A stretch of DNA of 31,949 nucleotides from Myxococcota bacterium (lineage in GTDB: Bacteria; Myxococcota_A; UBA9160; UBA4427): NCBI GenBank assembly GCA_036336835.1, contig JAYZFK010000089.1, positions 1 to 31,949 of the forward strand. The letters are read 5' to 3'. The notes beneath the pieces were generated by a model. That model was not told the origin of the DNA. It saw only the letters and a program-made list of their open reading frames with translations, and ran no database searches. Of the stretch, positions 8,226 to 16,186 are shown one piece after another (within the stretch, counting starts at the first letter, position 1; each line of letters begins with the position of its first letter). The position numbers and the translations under genes were made by a program.

Positions 8226-9185
8226 ATGAACGAATCGCGAACTTCGGGGATGATGGTGTCCGATTCGACTGATTCTGTCACAGCGCGCGGCGGGGGGGAT
8301 CGAGCAATGGGGGCAAGACCTACCGATCGGATCGTTGGCTCGAGCGAGCTCACACAAAGGGCGATCGAGCGGGCGACCGCTGCAGCACGCGCGCCGGGAG
8401 CGGTTCTCATCGTCGGTGCGGCGGGTGTCGGCAAGTCGCACTTCGCCGCGGCGGTTCACGGGTGGAGCGCCCGGGCGAGCGGCCCACTGATCGAGTTCTC
8501 GGCGGGTGGAACACCGGCATCGAGCCAGTCGGCAGTGCTGTTCGGCAGTGTCGGCAATCCGGGCGCGCTGGCGCGTGCCGCGGAGGGAAGCCTGCTGGTC
8601 AAGGGTCTCGAGGAGCTTGCAGGTTCGGTTCGCACGGCGCTCACGCGTGCGATCGAGGAGGGCTCTTTCCGCGCGGAAGGCGCAGCCGAGAGCACGCCGC
8701 TGCGTGCGCGGCTGCTGCTGTCGAGCCGCGGCAGCGAGCTGCCCATCCCGCATTCGCGTGTCGAGATCCCGCCGCTCAGCGAGCGCAGTGAGGACATTCC
8801 CGCTCTGGCAGCGGAGTTCCTCGCGAGCTTCGCTCAGGAATTCGGGGTTCAGCCGGTCGGCTTCACCGCTGAGGCGCGCCGCTGGCTCGTCAGCGAGCCG
8901 TGGTCGGGCAACGTGCGCGAGCTGCGCGAACGGGTTCGTCAAGCGCTGCAACTGGCGGGCAGTGGAGCGATCTCGATCGAGGCGCTCATGCTGTCCAACG
9001 AGGGAGATGAGATCCCATCGTTCAAGGATGCAAAGCGGGGGTTCGAGACGCGCTATGTCGAGAGCGTGCTGCGGCGTTGCGCAGGCAACATCAGCCGCGC
9101 GGCGCGACTGGCCAAGAAGGATCGGAAGGACTTCTACGACGTGATCCGTCGGACGGGTGTGAACCCGCAGGACTTCCGTTCCTAG
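8226..9185 (+). CDS. degenerate NtrC/sigma-54-activator-like AAA+ protein with C-terminal Fis-type HTH
   Basis: Walker A-like GAAGVGKS, IPPLSERSEDIPALA, WSGNVRELR and HTH GNISRAARLAKKDRKDFYDVIRR. No GAFTGA, no Walker B DE, no N-terminal sensor domain. Start could be ATG 8307. Confidence 0.8.
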   Translation: MNESRTSGMMVSDSTDSVTARGGGDRAMGARPTDRIVGSSELTQRAIERATAAARAPGAVLIVGAAGVGKSHFAAAVHGWSARASGPLIEFSAGGTPASSQSAVLFGSVGNPGALARAAEGSLLVKGLEELAGSVRTALTRAIEEGSFRAEGAAESTPLRARLLLSSRGSELPIPHSRVEIPPLSERSEDIPALAAEFLASFAQEFGVQPVGFTAEARRWLVSEPWSGNVRELRERVRQALQLAGSGAISIEALMLSNEGDEIPSFKDAKRGFETRYVESVLRRCAGNISRAARLAKKDRKDFYDVIRRTGVNPQDFRS

Positions 9186-9221
9186 CGCCCTCCCCTGCGC
9201 GGCTCGCCCCGGGCGACCGCG

Positions 9222-10025
9222 ATGCGTGTAGCGATCGTTCAGCTCTGCTCGACGGATGACATCGAGCGCAACCTCGAGCAGGCTCGTGACGGCGTTGCTC
9301 GTGCGTCCGCGCTCGGGGCCGAGTTCGTGGCGCTGCCGGAGGCGTTTGCGTTCCTGCGGCGCGAGGGTTCGGCGATTCCCGATGCGGCGGAGCTCGAGCG
9401 GCGCGTGAGCGACGAGCTGGCGAGCTGGGCGAGGTCGAACGAGGTCTGGCTGCTCGGTGGGAGCCTGCCCGAGGCGATCCCCGGCTCGAGCCGCATCCAC
9501 AACACGAGCCCCCTGCTCGATCCCGCCGGTGCCACGGTCGCGCGCTACCGCAAGATCCATCTGTTCGATGTGGATCTCGCCGAAGGCGGGGGCGACCGCT
9601 ACCGGGAGTCCGAGACCTACGCGTCGGGGGACGAAGTCGTGGTGGCGCAGACACCGTTTGGCGGTGTGGGGCTGTCGATCTGTTACGACATGCGCTTTCC
9701 CGAGCTCTACCGATCTCAGGTCGAAGCCGGTGCTCGCTGGCTGTGCGTGCCCAGCGCCTTCACCCGGGAGACGGGCAAGGATCACTGGGAGGTCTTGCTG
9801 CGCGCTCGGGCAATCGAGAGCCAGTGCTACGTGGTCGCTCCAGCGCAATGCGGGCGCCACGCTTCGGACCGTGCCAGTCACGGCCGATCGCTGATCATCG
9901 ATCCCTGGGGCCTGGTGATCGCCCAGGGCGGGGATGAGCCGACCGTCCTGGTGGCCGATTGTCCATCCGAAGCGATCGATCGCGTCCGGGGTGCGGTGCC
10001 TTCCCTGCGCAACCGCCGGCTCTAA
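9222..10025 (+). CDS. carbon-nitrogen hydrolase family protein (Nit1/deaminated glutathione amidase-like)
   Basis: Catalytic triad motifs LPE, YRKIHLFDV and ICYDMRFPE, plus PSAFTRETGKDHWEVLLRARAIESQCYV and IIDPWG. Confidence 0.92.
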   Translation: MRVAIVQLCSTDDIERNLEQARDGVARASALGAEFVALPEAFAFLRREGSAIPDAAELERRVSDELASWARSNEVWLLGGSLPEAIPGSSRIHNTSPLLDPAGATVARYRKIHLFDVDLAEGGGDRYRESETYASGDEVVVAQTPFGGVGLSICYDMRFPELYRSQVEAGARWLCVPSAFTRETGKDHWEVLLRARAIESQCYVVAPAQCGRHASDRASHGRSLIIDPWGLVIAQGGDEPTVLVADCPSEAIDRVRGAVPSLRNRRL

Positions 10026-10132
10026 GCGCCTGGCCACTCTGCGCTCGGGCAGGACGCGCGCTCAAGTCGATCCCGAGACGGGCCGAAGACACGAGCACCA
10101 CTGCCCATTGGTGGAATGGGGTGCGATCGGCC

Positions 10133-10447
10133 ATGGAAACCGGGCAAAAACCAGAGGCTCGTCTCGAGATTCGCAACGGCGAGTTCGAGGGGATGGTCTA
10201 CCAGCTCGTCGGCGGTGAGACGCTGATCGGCCGCAACCCGACCACGTACATTACGCTGCTCGACGAAGGCATCAGCCGCGAGCACGCCGTCGTTCTGTTC
10301 GATGAGGACGATGTCAGCCATTCGATCGAGGACCTGCAATCGACCAATGGCACCAAGATCAATGGCAAGCGCGTGCGCTCCGCGACGCTGTGCCACGGCG
10401 ACGAGATTCAGATCGGTCACACTGTCTTCCGGTATCAGGTCTCCTGA
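10133..10447 (+). CDS. stand-alone FHA domain protein
   Basis: IGR, ISREHA, IEDLQSTNGTKING and LCHGDEIQIG. ATG 10133 is in frame with ORF 9959-10447. Confidence 0.9.
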   Translation: METGQKPEARLEIRNGEFEGMVYQLVGGETLIGRNPTTYITLLDEGISREHAVVLFDEDDVSHSIEDLQSTNGTKINGKRVRSATLCHGDEIQIGHTVFRYQVS

Positions 10448-10461
10448 TATCGTTTGGCGAC

Positions 10462-10495
10462 GACTTCCAAGACCCAGAGACTTCCAAGACCCAGA
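10462..10495 (+). repeat. perfect 17-bp tandem duplication GACTTCCAAGACCCAGA x2
   Basis: Copies at 10462-10478 and 10479-10495, immediately upstream of the RBS of the export gene. Confidence 0.9.
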
Positions 10496-10508
10496 GGGAG
10501 GGACTTCC

Positions 10509-11225
10509 GTGCAACCCGAACACTTCTCGAGACGTGCCGCATCGCTAGGGGCGGTCCTGCTGGCCGGCCTGCTGCTGGCGGCCTGTGCCTCCAATCCGGT
10601 GCCGCCGATGCCGATGTCGATGCCGATGTCGGAGACCTACCGCGTCGGTGCGCCCGACGTTCTCGCGATCCACGTGCTGCCGGACCCCGAGATCGCTCGA
10701 GCGGTGACGGTGCGGCCCGATGGCTTCGTGACCGTCGATCTGATCGGGGACGTCGAGGCCGCCGGTCGCACGACGACGCAGATCGCCGAGGAGATCCAGC
10801 AGCGGATCCGTCGTTTCAAGCGGGACGCGAGCGTCACCGTGAGCGTCGAGGCGGCGCTCAGCAATGTGGTCTCGATCTGGGGCGAGGTCGGGGCCGTGGG
10901 AACGCTGCCGCTGACGACGCAGACGCGGGTCAGCCAGGCGATCGCCAGCCGCGGCGGGACCACCTTCCTGGCCTGGGAGTCGCGGGTGCGCGTGATCCGC
11001 AACAGCGAAGACGGGACCGATGTCTACCGGGTGAACTTGAAACGGATCCACAACGGCGACTTCGCCAGCAACATGCTGCTCCAGGGCGGCGACATCGTCG
11101 TGGTGCCGCCGACCCCGCTCGGGACCTTCGGCTACTTCGTGCAGCAGATCGTGTTCCCGTACCAGCAGGTCCTGGGGCCGGGACTGGCGGGCGCCAACCT
11201 GGCGTCGCAGCTGGGGGCGTTCTAG
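10509..11225 (+). CDS. polysaccharide biosynthesis/export (OPX, Wza-like) lipoprotein
   Basis: Lipobox LAAC (Cys26), Poly_export motif YRVGAPDVLAI...VRPDGFVTVDLIGDVEAAGRT, one SLBB domain (VSIWGEV...LQGGDIVVVP). GTG start with GAGGGAGG RBS. Confidence 0.9.
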   Translation: MQPEHFSRRAASLGAVLLAGLLLAACASNPVPPMPMSMPMSETYRVGAPDVLAIHVLPDPEIARAVTVRPDGFVTVDLIGDVEAAGRTTTQIAEEIQQRIRRFKRDASVTVSVEAALSNVVSIWGEVGAVGTLPLTTQTRVSQAIASRGGTTFLAWESRVRVIRNSEDGTDVYRVNLKRIHNGDFASNMLLQGGDIVVVPPTPLGTFGYFVQQIVFPYQQVLGPGLAGANLASQLGAF

Positions 11226-11231
11226 ACGGGG

Positions 11232-11251
11232 GCCCCACTCGAAGTCGGGGC
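11232..11251. terminator. GC hairpin between convergent genes, possible terminator
   Basis: GCCCC-AC-TCGAA-GT-C-GGGGC between stops at 11225 and 11253. No U-tract. Confidence 0.3.
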
Positions 11252-11252
11252 T

Positions 11253-12665
11253 TCAGCTGGCACCACGGCGCAGCAGGATCTGCGGCAGGGTGCGGGCCAG
11301 GATCGCAAAATCGCGCGTGAGGCTCCAGGTGTCGATGTATCGGCGATCGAGCTGCATCCACTGCTCGAAGTCGACTTCGTTGCGTCCCGTCACCTGCCAG
11401 AGACAGGTCAGCCCCGGCCGCATCGACAGCCGCCGCCGATCGCTGCCCTGGTAGCGGCCGACCTCGTCCGGGGTCGGTGGACGCGGCCCGACCAGACTCA
11501 TCTGCCCGATCAGCACGTTCCAGAACTGCGGCAGCTCGTCGATGCTCCATGTGCGCAGCACGCGTCCGACCCGGGTCGTGCGCGGATCTGCCTTGATCTT
11601 GAAGACCGGGCCGTCCATCTCGTTGAGGTGCAGCAACTCCTGCTTCAGCTGCTCGGCGTTGGGCACCATGGTGCGCAGCTTGACGATCTGGAAGCGACGT
11701 CCGTTGATCCCGCAGCGCCACTGGCGGAAGAAGACCCTTCCTCCGTCGTCGAGCTTGATCGCGATGACGGCCAGCGCAATGACGGGCGCGAAGAGGATCA
11801 GCCCAACGATCGCCCCCGCCACGTCGGTCGCCCGCTTGATCATCAGCTTCAAGACGTCGTGGTGGACCGGCGCAAAGCTGATGGTGCCGAGTGCGTCGAA
11901 GTACCCTGCCCGCGGCGGCGGCAGCTCGCTGCCGAACAGATCGGTGAGCAGTGTGACTGGAACGCCGATCAGAGAGCATTCCTGCACCGCCATCTCCAGC
12001 CCATCGAGCATCGATCGCGGGCAGGCGACGAGCACCTCGTCGATCGACTCGTCGCAGAGCAGGCTCGGCAGGTCGACCAGCTTGTGGATCTTCTCCGCCG
12101 GAACGGACGGGACGTAGTCGCCGTCCCCGCTGTCGAGGAAGGCGATCAGCCGAAGGCCCCATTCCGGATGCTTCAGGAGGGTCATCTGTGCGAACTCGGC
12201 GCGTGGGCCGGTTCCAATGATCAGGACGTTGCGAGAGTTGTGTCCGGCGCTGCGCAGCGCTTGCAGCGCGAGGAAGCTCGGGATCCGTAGCGCCACTTCG
12301 GTCACGAACAGACAGCTGGCGAAGACGGCGGGCATCAGCGGGGGGACCGGGAGTCCCAGCGTGAAGGCGGCCGCAGAGTAGACCAGTCCGAGGAAGAGAT
12401 TGGCGGTGGCGAGCGCCCGCAGCTGTTCCCGGATCGTGCGTCGCCGATGCGAGTCGTAGGCGCCGGAGTAGTCGAGCGCCAGCAACGAGCCGAGCCCCGA
12501 GAGCACGACGACCCCCGTTACCTCGAGCGGCGTCGCACTGGTCCCGGCAGAGCCCAGGAGAGGGTGCGGCGGGTGGGCGATCAGGCTGAACTGGATCGCC
12601 ATCGCCGCGAGCGCCTCGACAGAGGCCCACAAGGCCCGAATCGGTCGCCAGTGTTGCTTCAACAT
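11253..12665 (-). CDS. priming glycosyltransferase (polyprenyl-phosphate hexose-1-phosphate transferase, WcaJ/WbaP family)
   Basis: N-terminal TM helices, Rossmann-like NVLIIGTG, and bacterial sugar-transferase domain KRATDV...KLRTM...DPRTTRVGRVLR..SIDELPQFWNVLIGQMSLVGPRP...RPGLTCLWQV. Start set at ATG 12665. Confidence 0.93.
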   Translation of the reverse strand: MLKQHWRPIRALWASVEALAAMAIQFSLIAHPPHPLLGSAGTSATPLEVTGVVVLSGLGSLLALDYSGAYDSHRRRTIREQLRALATANLFLGLVYSAAAFTLGLPVPPLMPAVFASCLFVTEVALRIPSFLALQALRSAGHNSRNVLIIGTGPRAEFAQMTLLKHPEWGLRLIAFLDSGDGDYVPSVPAEKIHKLVDLPSLLCDESIDEVLVACPRSMLDGLEMAVQECSLIGVPVTLLTDLFGSELPPPRAGYFDALGTISFAPVHHDVLKLMIKRATDVAGAIVGLILFAPVIALAVIAIKLDDGGRVFFRQWRCGINGRRFQIVKLRTMVPNAEQLKQELLHLNEMDGPVFKIKADPRTTRVGRVLRTWSIDELPQFWNVLIGQMSLVGPRPPTPDEVGRYQGSDRRRLSMRPGLTCLWQVTGRNEVDFEQWMQLDRRYIDTWSLTRDFAILARTLPQILLRRGAS

Positions 12666-12716
12666 GTCTCTAGCCTCGCCAGCCGGCGCGCGCACGCGTC
12701 GACTCCGCGGAGTGGG

Positions 12717-12733
12717 TGCAAGAGAGGTGCCGA
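12717..12733 (-). promoter_or_regulatory. sigma-54 (RpoN) -24/-12 promoter for the priming glycosyltransferase
   Basis: Minus strand TCGGCACCTCTCTTGCA: GG-N10-GC with GGCAC and TTGCA, about 50 bp upstream of ATG 12665. Confidence 0.7.
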
Positions 12734-13001
12734 CCGGATTCCAAGGACTCAAGCGCGTGCCTCGCTCTGCCGCAGTATGAGGCGAATCGATTGCGTCGCT
12801 CGCGGAATCGAACGGGGCCGATGGGAACAGTTCTGGAACTCGCCGGCCAGGTATGAAGCCGCTTGCGCAGCACGACACAGCAGTGTGCGGCCGGCGTGCA
12901 GGATTACGGAACGGTGAACCCTTTCTCACCGACCGGGCACTTACCCTGAGCCGGTACGCGACGGGCCGTCACTGATCTGCGGCTGGCCAAGAGGAGGTTG
13001 C

Positions 13002-13862
13002 ATGTACGAGTCGTTCTTCGGACTTCGCGAGCCTGCGTTCTCACTGACGCCGGATCCCCGCTTCCTCTGGCTCTCCGAGACGCACCGCGAAGGCCTCGCG
13101 ATGCTGGTGTATGGGATTACCCGTCGGAAGGGCTTCTTGCTGCTGTCTGGCGAGGTCGGCGCCGGCAAGACGACGCTGCTGCGCACCGCGCTTGCACAGG
13201 TTCCGCCGGACACGGAGACCGCGCTCATCCTCAACACCGGGGGCATCACGCCGACCGATCTGCTGAAGCTGATCGTGATCGAGTTCGGGCTCGAGGACAT
13301 CGTCAGGGGCGACTCGAAGGCCGACCGACTCGTGGCGATCAACCGCCTGCTCGTCGAGCGGATGCGGCTGCGCAAGAACACCGTCCTGATCATCGACGAG
13401 GCGCAGAACCTGAGCGCAGATGCGCTGGAAGAAGTCCGCATGCTGTCGAATCTCGAGACCGACAGTGAGAAGCTGATGCAGATCGTCCTGATCGGGCAGC
13501 CCGAGTTCCTGGGAACGCTCGACCAGCCGAATCTGCGCCAGCTGCGGCAGCGAATCGCGATCGAGCACCACGTCGAGCCCCTGCGGCCCACCGAGGTGAT
13601 TCCGTACCTGGCGCACCGTTTGCGTGTCGCTGGAAGCAGCTATGGCGAGATCTTCGAAGAAGACCTCGAGGACGTCTTCTACGGAGCTACCGGAGGCTGC
13701 CCTCGCCTGCTCTCGCTGCTCGCCGATCGTTCCATGCTCACGGCATTTGCGCAGTCCTCGAAGCGGGTCGACCGCGCCGTGCTCGAGCAGAAGGCCTCGG
13801 TCTCGCCGTTTCGGGCGGTCTCGACCGGAATTGCGCAAGCCGAGGCGGCCGTCGGCCGATAG
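13002..13862 (+). CDS. ExeA/GspA-like AAA ATPase of the type found in PEP-CTERM/exosortase EPS loci
   Basis: MYESFFGLREPAFSLTPDPRF, Walker A GEVGAGKTT, Walker B LIIDEAQNL, QIVLIGQPE, LRQRI and GGCPRL. AGAGGAGG RBS. Confidence 0.92.
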   Translation: MYESFFGLREPAFSLTPDPRFLWLSETHREGLAMLVYGITRRKGFLLLSGEVGAGKTTLLRTALAQVPPDTETALILNTGGITPTDLLKLIVIEFGLEDIVRGDSKADRLVAINRLLVERMRLRKNTVLIIDEAQNLSADALEEVRMLSNLETDSEKLMQIVLIGQPEFLGTLDQPNLRQLRQRIAIEHHVEPLRPTEVIPYLAHRLRVAGSSYGEIFEEDLEDVFYGATGGCPRLLSLLADRSMLTAFAQSSKRVDRAVLEQKASVSPFRAVSTGIAQAEAAVGR

Positions 13863-13913
13863 AGGGTCCTGAGTTCAACCATCTGGCCAGGCCAGAGGAT
13901 CGGGACCCCCTGC

Positions 13914-14816
13914 ATGGGTGAAATCTTCGACGCGCTTCGGCGGGCCGAGCTATCCGACGAGGCCCGCAAGCCGGCCCCAGATGGATTGCCTCCGGCGCCG
14001 GACGTATCGACTCCGTCACCCGCGCCGTTCGTCCCGGCGGTGCCGCCCGGGGCGATGCTCCACCCCGACGACGTCGAGAAGCCGGACGACCTGCCCGACG
14101 CAGGGCCCCGGGTCGAGCTCTCGACCGAGTTGATTGCCGACTGGGTGGCGCGAGCCGTCCTGGCGGCACCGACGAGCAATGCGGCCTCGCGTTTCCGGCA
14201 CGCCGCCCTGCGGGTGCGTCACGCGCTGCAGAAGGCCGGGGGCTCGCTGCTCGCCATCTCGAGTGCGAATGCCGGGGAGGGCAAGACTACCAGCTCGTGC
14301 AACCTGGCCCTCGCCCTGGCCTCGATGACCTCCGGAGGCTCGATTGCCCTGGTGGACGTCGACCTGCGCAGCCCGCGAGTCGCCTCGGCGCTCGGGGTCG
14401 CGTTCGAGGTCGGCTTCGAGCAGGTGCTCTCGGGCGAGGCCTCGCTGTTCGAGGCCCGGATTCGGACGCAGTTCGAGGCCCTCGACCTGTACCCCGCGCA
14501 CAGCTGGGGCCGCGATGCCCACGAGCTGCTGGCGGATGCTCGCACGGGCGAGGTGTTGCGCGACCTCGGCTCGCGCTACGACGCGGTGGTGCTCGATTGC
14601 CCGCCCGTTCTGCCGGTGCCGGATGCCCGGCTGATCAGCGATCACACCCACGCCTGCATGCTTGTGGTGCGCGCCGGCTCAACGCGCGCGCGCGCGCTGG
14701 AAGAAGCCCTGCGCCACCTCGAGCACGCAGGGGTTGCCGGTGTCTTCGTCAACTGTCTCGAGCGGGGCGGTGCGACCTCCTACTACCGCGCGTACGGCGA
14801 GGAGGAGGAGTCCTGA
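13914..14816 (+). CDS. CpsD/CapB-family bacterial tyrosine kinase (stand-alone BY-kinase)
   Basis: MGEIFDALRRA N-terminus, SANAGEGKTT, LVDVDLRSP, VVLDCPP and C-terminal Tyr cluster SYYRAYG. Confidence 0.9.
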   Translation: MGEIFDALRRAELSDEARKPAPDGLPPAPDVSTPSPAPFVPAVPPGAMLHPDDVEKPDDLPDAGPRVELSTELIADWVARAVLAAPTSNAASRFRHAALRVRHALQKAGGSLLAISSANAGEGKTTSSCNLALALASMTSGGSIALVDVDLRSPRVASALGVAFEVGFEQVLSGEASLFEARIRTQFEALDLYPAHSWGRDAHELLADARTGEVLRDLGSRYDAVVLDCPPVLPVPDARLISDHTHACMLVVRAGSTRARALEEALRHLEHAGVAGVFVNCLERGGATSYYRAYGEEEES

Positions 14817-16186
14817 TGGACTCGATGGTGTCTTCTCCGTACGACGAAGAGAGCAGCGCCGGCACGCTCGGTCCCGCCCTGCGCGATCCGTTCGGCGTCG
14901 TGCTCCGGCGCTGGAAGGCGATGCTGCTCAGCGGCTTGCTCGTCATGACCGGCTTCGGTGTCGTGGCGGTCGGGATGGAGCCGCTGTTCGAGGCGCGCGC
15001 CACGGTCTCGGTGCTCGGGGCGAGAATCTCGGAGAACTTCGTCCAGACGACGGTCGAGATCGGAACCCTCGACCAGATCAACGCGATCGTCAGCGAGGTG
15101 CTGTCGCGCAAGAATCTCGCCGAGATCGTCGTCGATTACGAGCTGTTCGGCGGGCTGCGGGATTCCGAGCTGATCGAGGTTGCCATCGAGAAGGTGCGAG
15201 CGCGGACCACGGTCGCCTCCGAGAGCACAGACGTCGGGCGCCGGCGGCGCGGAGAATCCTCTCGCGTCTACGCGCTGTCGTTCAAGGACGCAGATCCGGA
15301 CCGCGCCGCTGCAGTGGCGAACGCGCTGGCGGCATCCTTCATCGACGTCCACCTGCGACTGCGGAGCAGCGAGGCCAGGGTCACGACCGACTTCCTGCGC
15401 CGCGAGCTGATCGAGGTCGAGCAAGAGCTCCGCGCCCAGGAGCGGCTGGCCACCGAGTTCAAGCAGGAGTTCCGCGGCGAGCTTCCCGGGGAGCTGGGGA
15501 CGAATCTCGCCCGTCTGGATCGGCTCCAGGAGACGCGTCGGGTGTTGGTGGAGCAGCTCCGGGCGCTCGAGGCGCGGTCGACCATGGGCTCGATCACGGT
15601 GGCCAATGACAGCTCGGCGGCCCGAAGATTCGTGCTTCGCAGCCGGCTCAATGAGAGCCTGGCGCTCTACACGGAGGACCATCCCAACGTGGTCGCTCTG
15701 CAGCGTCAGCTCGAGGTGATCGAACGCGAGGTCGGCGCCGAGGGGTCGCTCGCTGCGGCGGGGAGTGAAGGCAGGCACTTGCGCCACCGGATCGCCGAGG
15801 TCGAGCACGAGCTGACCGAGCTCGACGCTCGCGTCGCGCGGACACCGAGGCGTCAGGAAGAGCAGGAAGCACTGGATCGACGGCTGACGGTATCGCGCGA
15901 CAACTACACCGAGCTGCTCCGCAAGGTAGACCAGGCGGAGCTCTCCGAGTCGGTCGAGTCGGCGCAGCACGGCGTGCGCGTCAGCGTCCTCGATCGCGCG
16001 GTGCCACCGGCGTCGCAGGACGGGTCGCGCGGCAAGCTGGTGCTGATCGGGTTCGCCGCCGCTGTTGGACTTGCCCTGCTGACCGCGCTGCTGCTCGAGC
16101 ACTTCGACGCCGTCCTGCTCGATACCGAGCAGATCGAGTCGTTGTACTCGCTCCCCGTACTCGGAAACGTCCCGCACATCGCGTGA
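14816..16186 (+). CDS. polysaccharide co-polymerase / chain-length determinant (Wzc N-terminal, GumC-like)
   Basis: Two terminal TM helices, coiled-coil periplasmic region, YTEDHPNVVAL, VLDRAVPP and LPVLGNVPHI. TGATG coupling with the kinase. Confidence 0.9.
   Translation: MDSMVSSPYDEESSAGTLGPALRDPFGVVLRRWKAMLLSGLLVMTGFGVVAVGMEPLFEARATVSVLGARISENFVQTTVEIGTLDQINAIVSEVLSRKNLAEIVVDYELFGGLRDSELIEVAIEKVRARTTVASESTDVGRRRRGESSRVYALSFKDADPDRAAAVANALAASFIDVHLRLRSSEARVTTDFLRRELIEVEQELRAQERLATEFKQEFRGELPGELGTNLARLDRLQETRRVLVEQLRALEARSTMGSITVANDSSAARRFVLRSRLNESLALYTEDHPNVVALQRQLEVIEREVGAEGSLAAAGSEGRHLRHRIAEVEHELTELDARVARTPRRQEEQEALDRRLTVSRDNYTELLRKVDQAELSESVESAQHGVRVSVLDRAVPPASQDGSRGKLVLIGFAAAVGLALLTALLLEHFDAVLLDTEQIESLYSLPVLGNVPHIA

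Noticed and set aside
3151..10037. Long alternative-frame ORFs (3151-4923, 3168-4670, 5323-6738, 6627-8114, 8208-10037)
   Set aside because: They overlap clearly identified genes (der, miaA, mutL, regulator, nitrilase) and are Arg/Ala/Gly-rich shadows typical of high-GC DNA.
13002..13862. ExeA-like ATPase as evidence of a type II secretion system or transposon TnsC
   Set aside because: No secretin, pilins or transposase nearby. Its context matches EPS/exosortase-locus ATPases.
14297..14815. 629-aa ORF suggesting an N-terminally extended co-polymerase
   Set aside because: The extension overlaps the kinase in another frame. The TGATG junction and GAGGAG RBS support a start at 14816.
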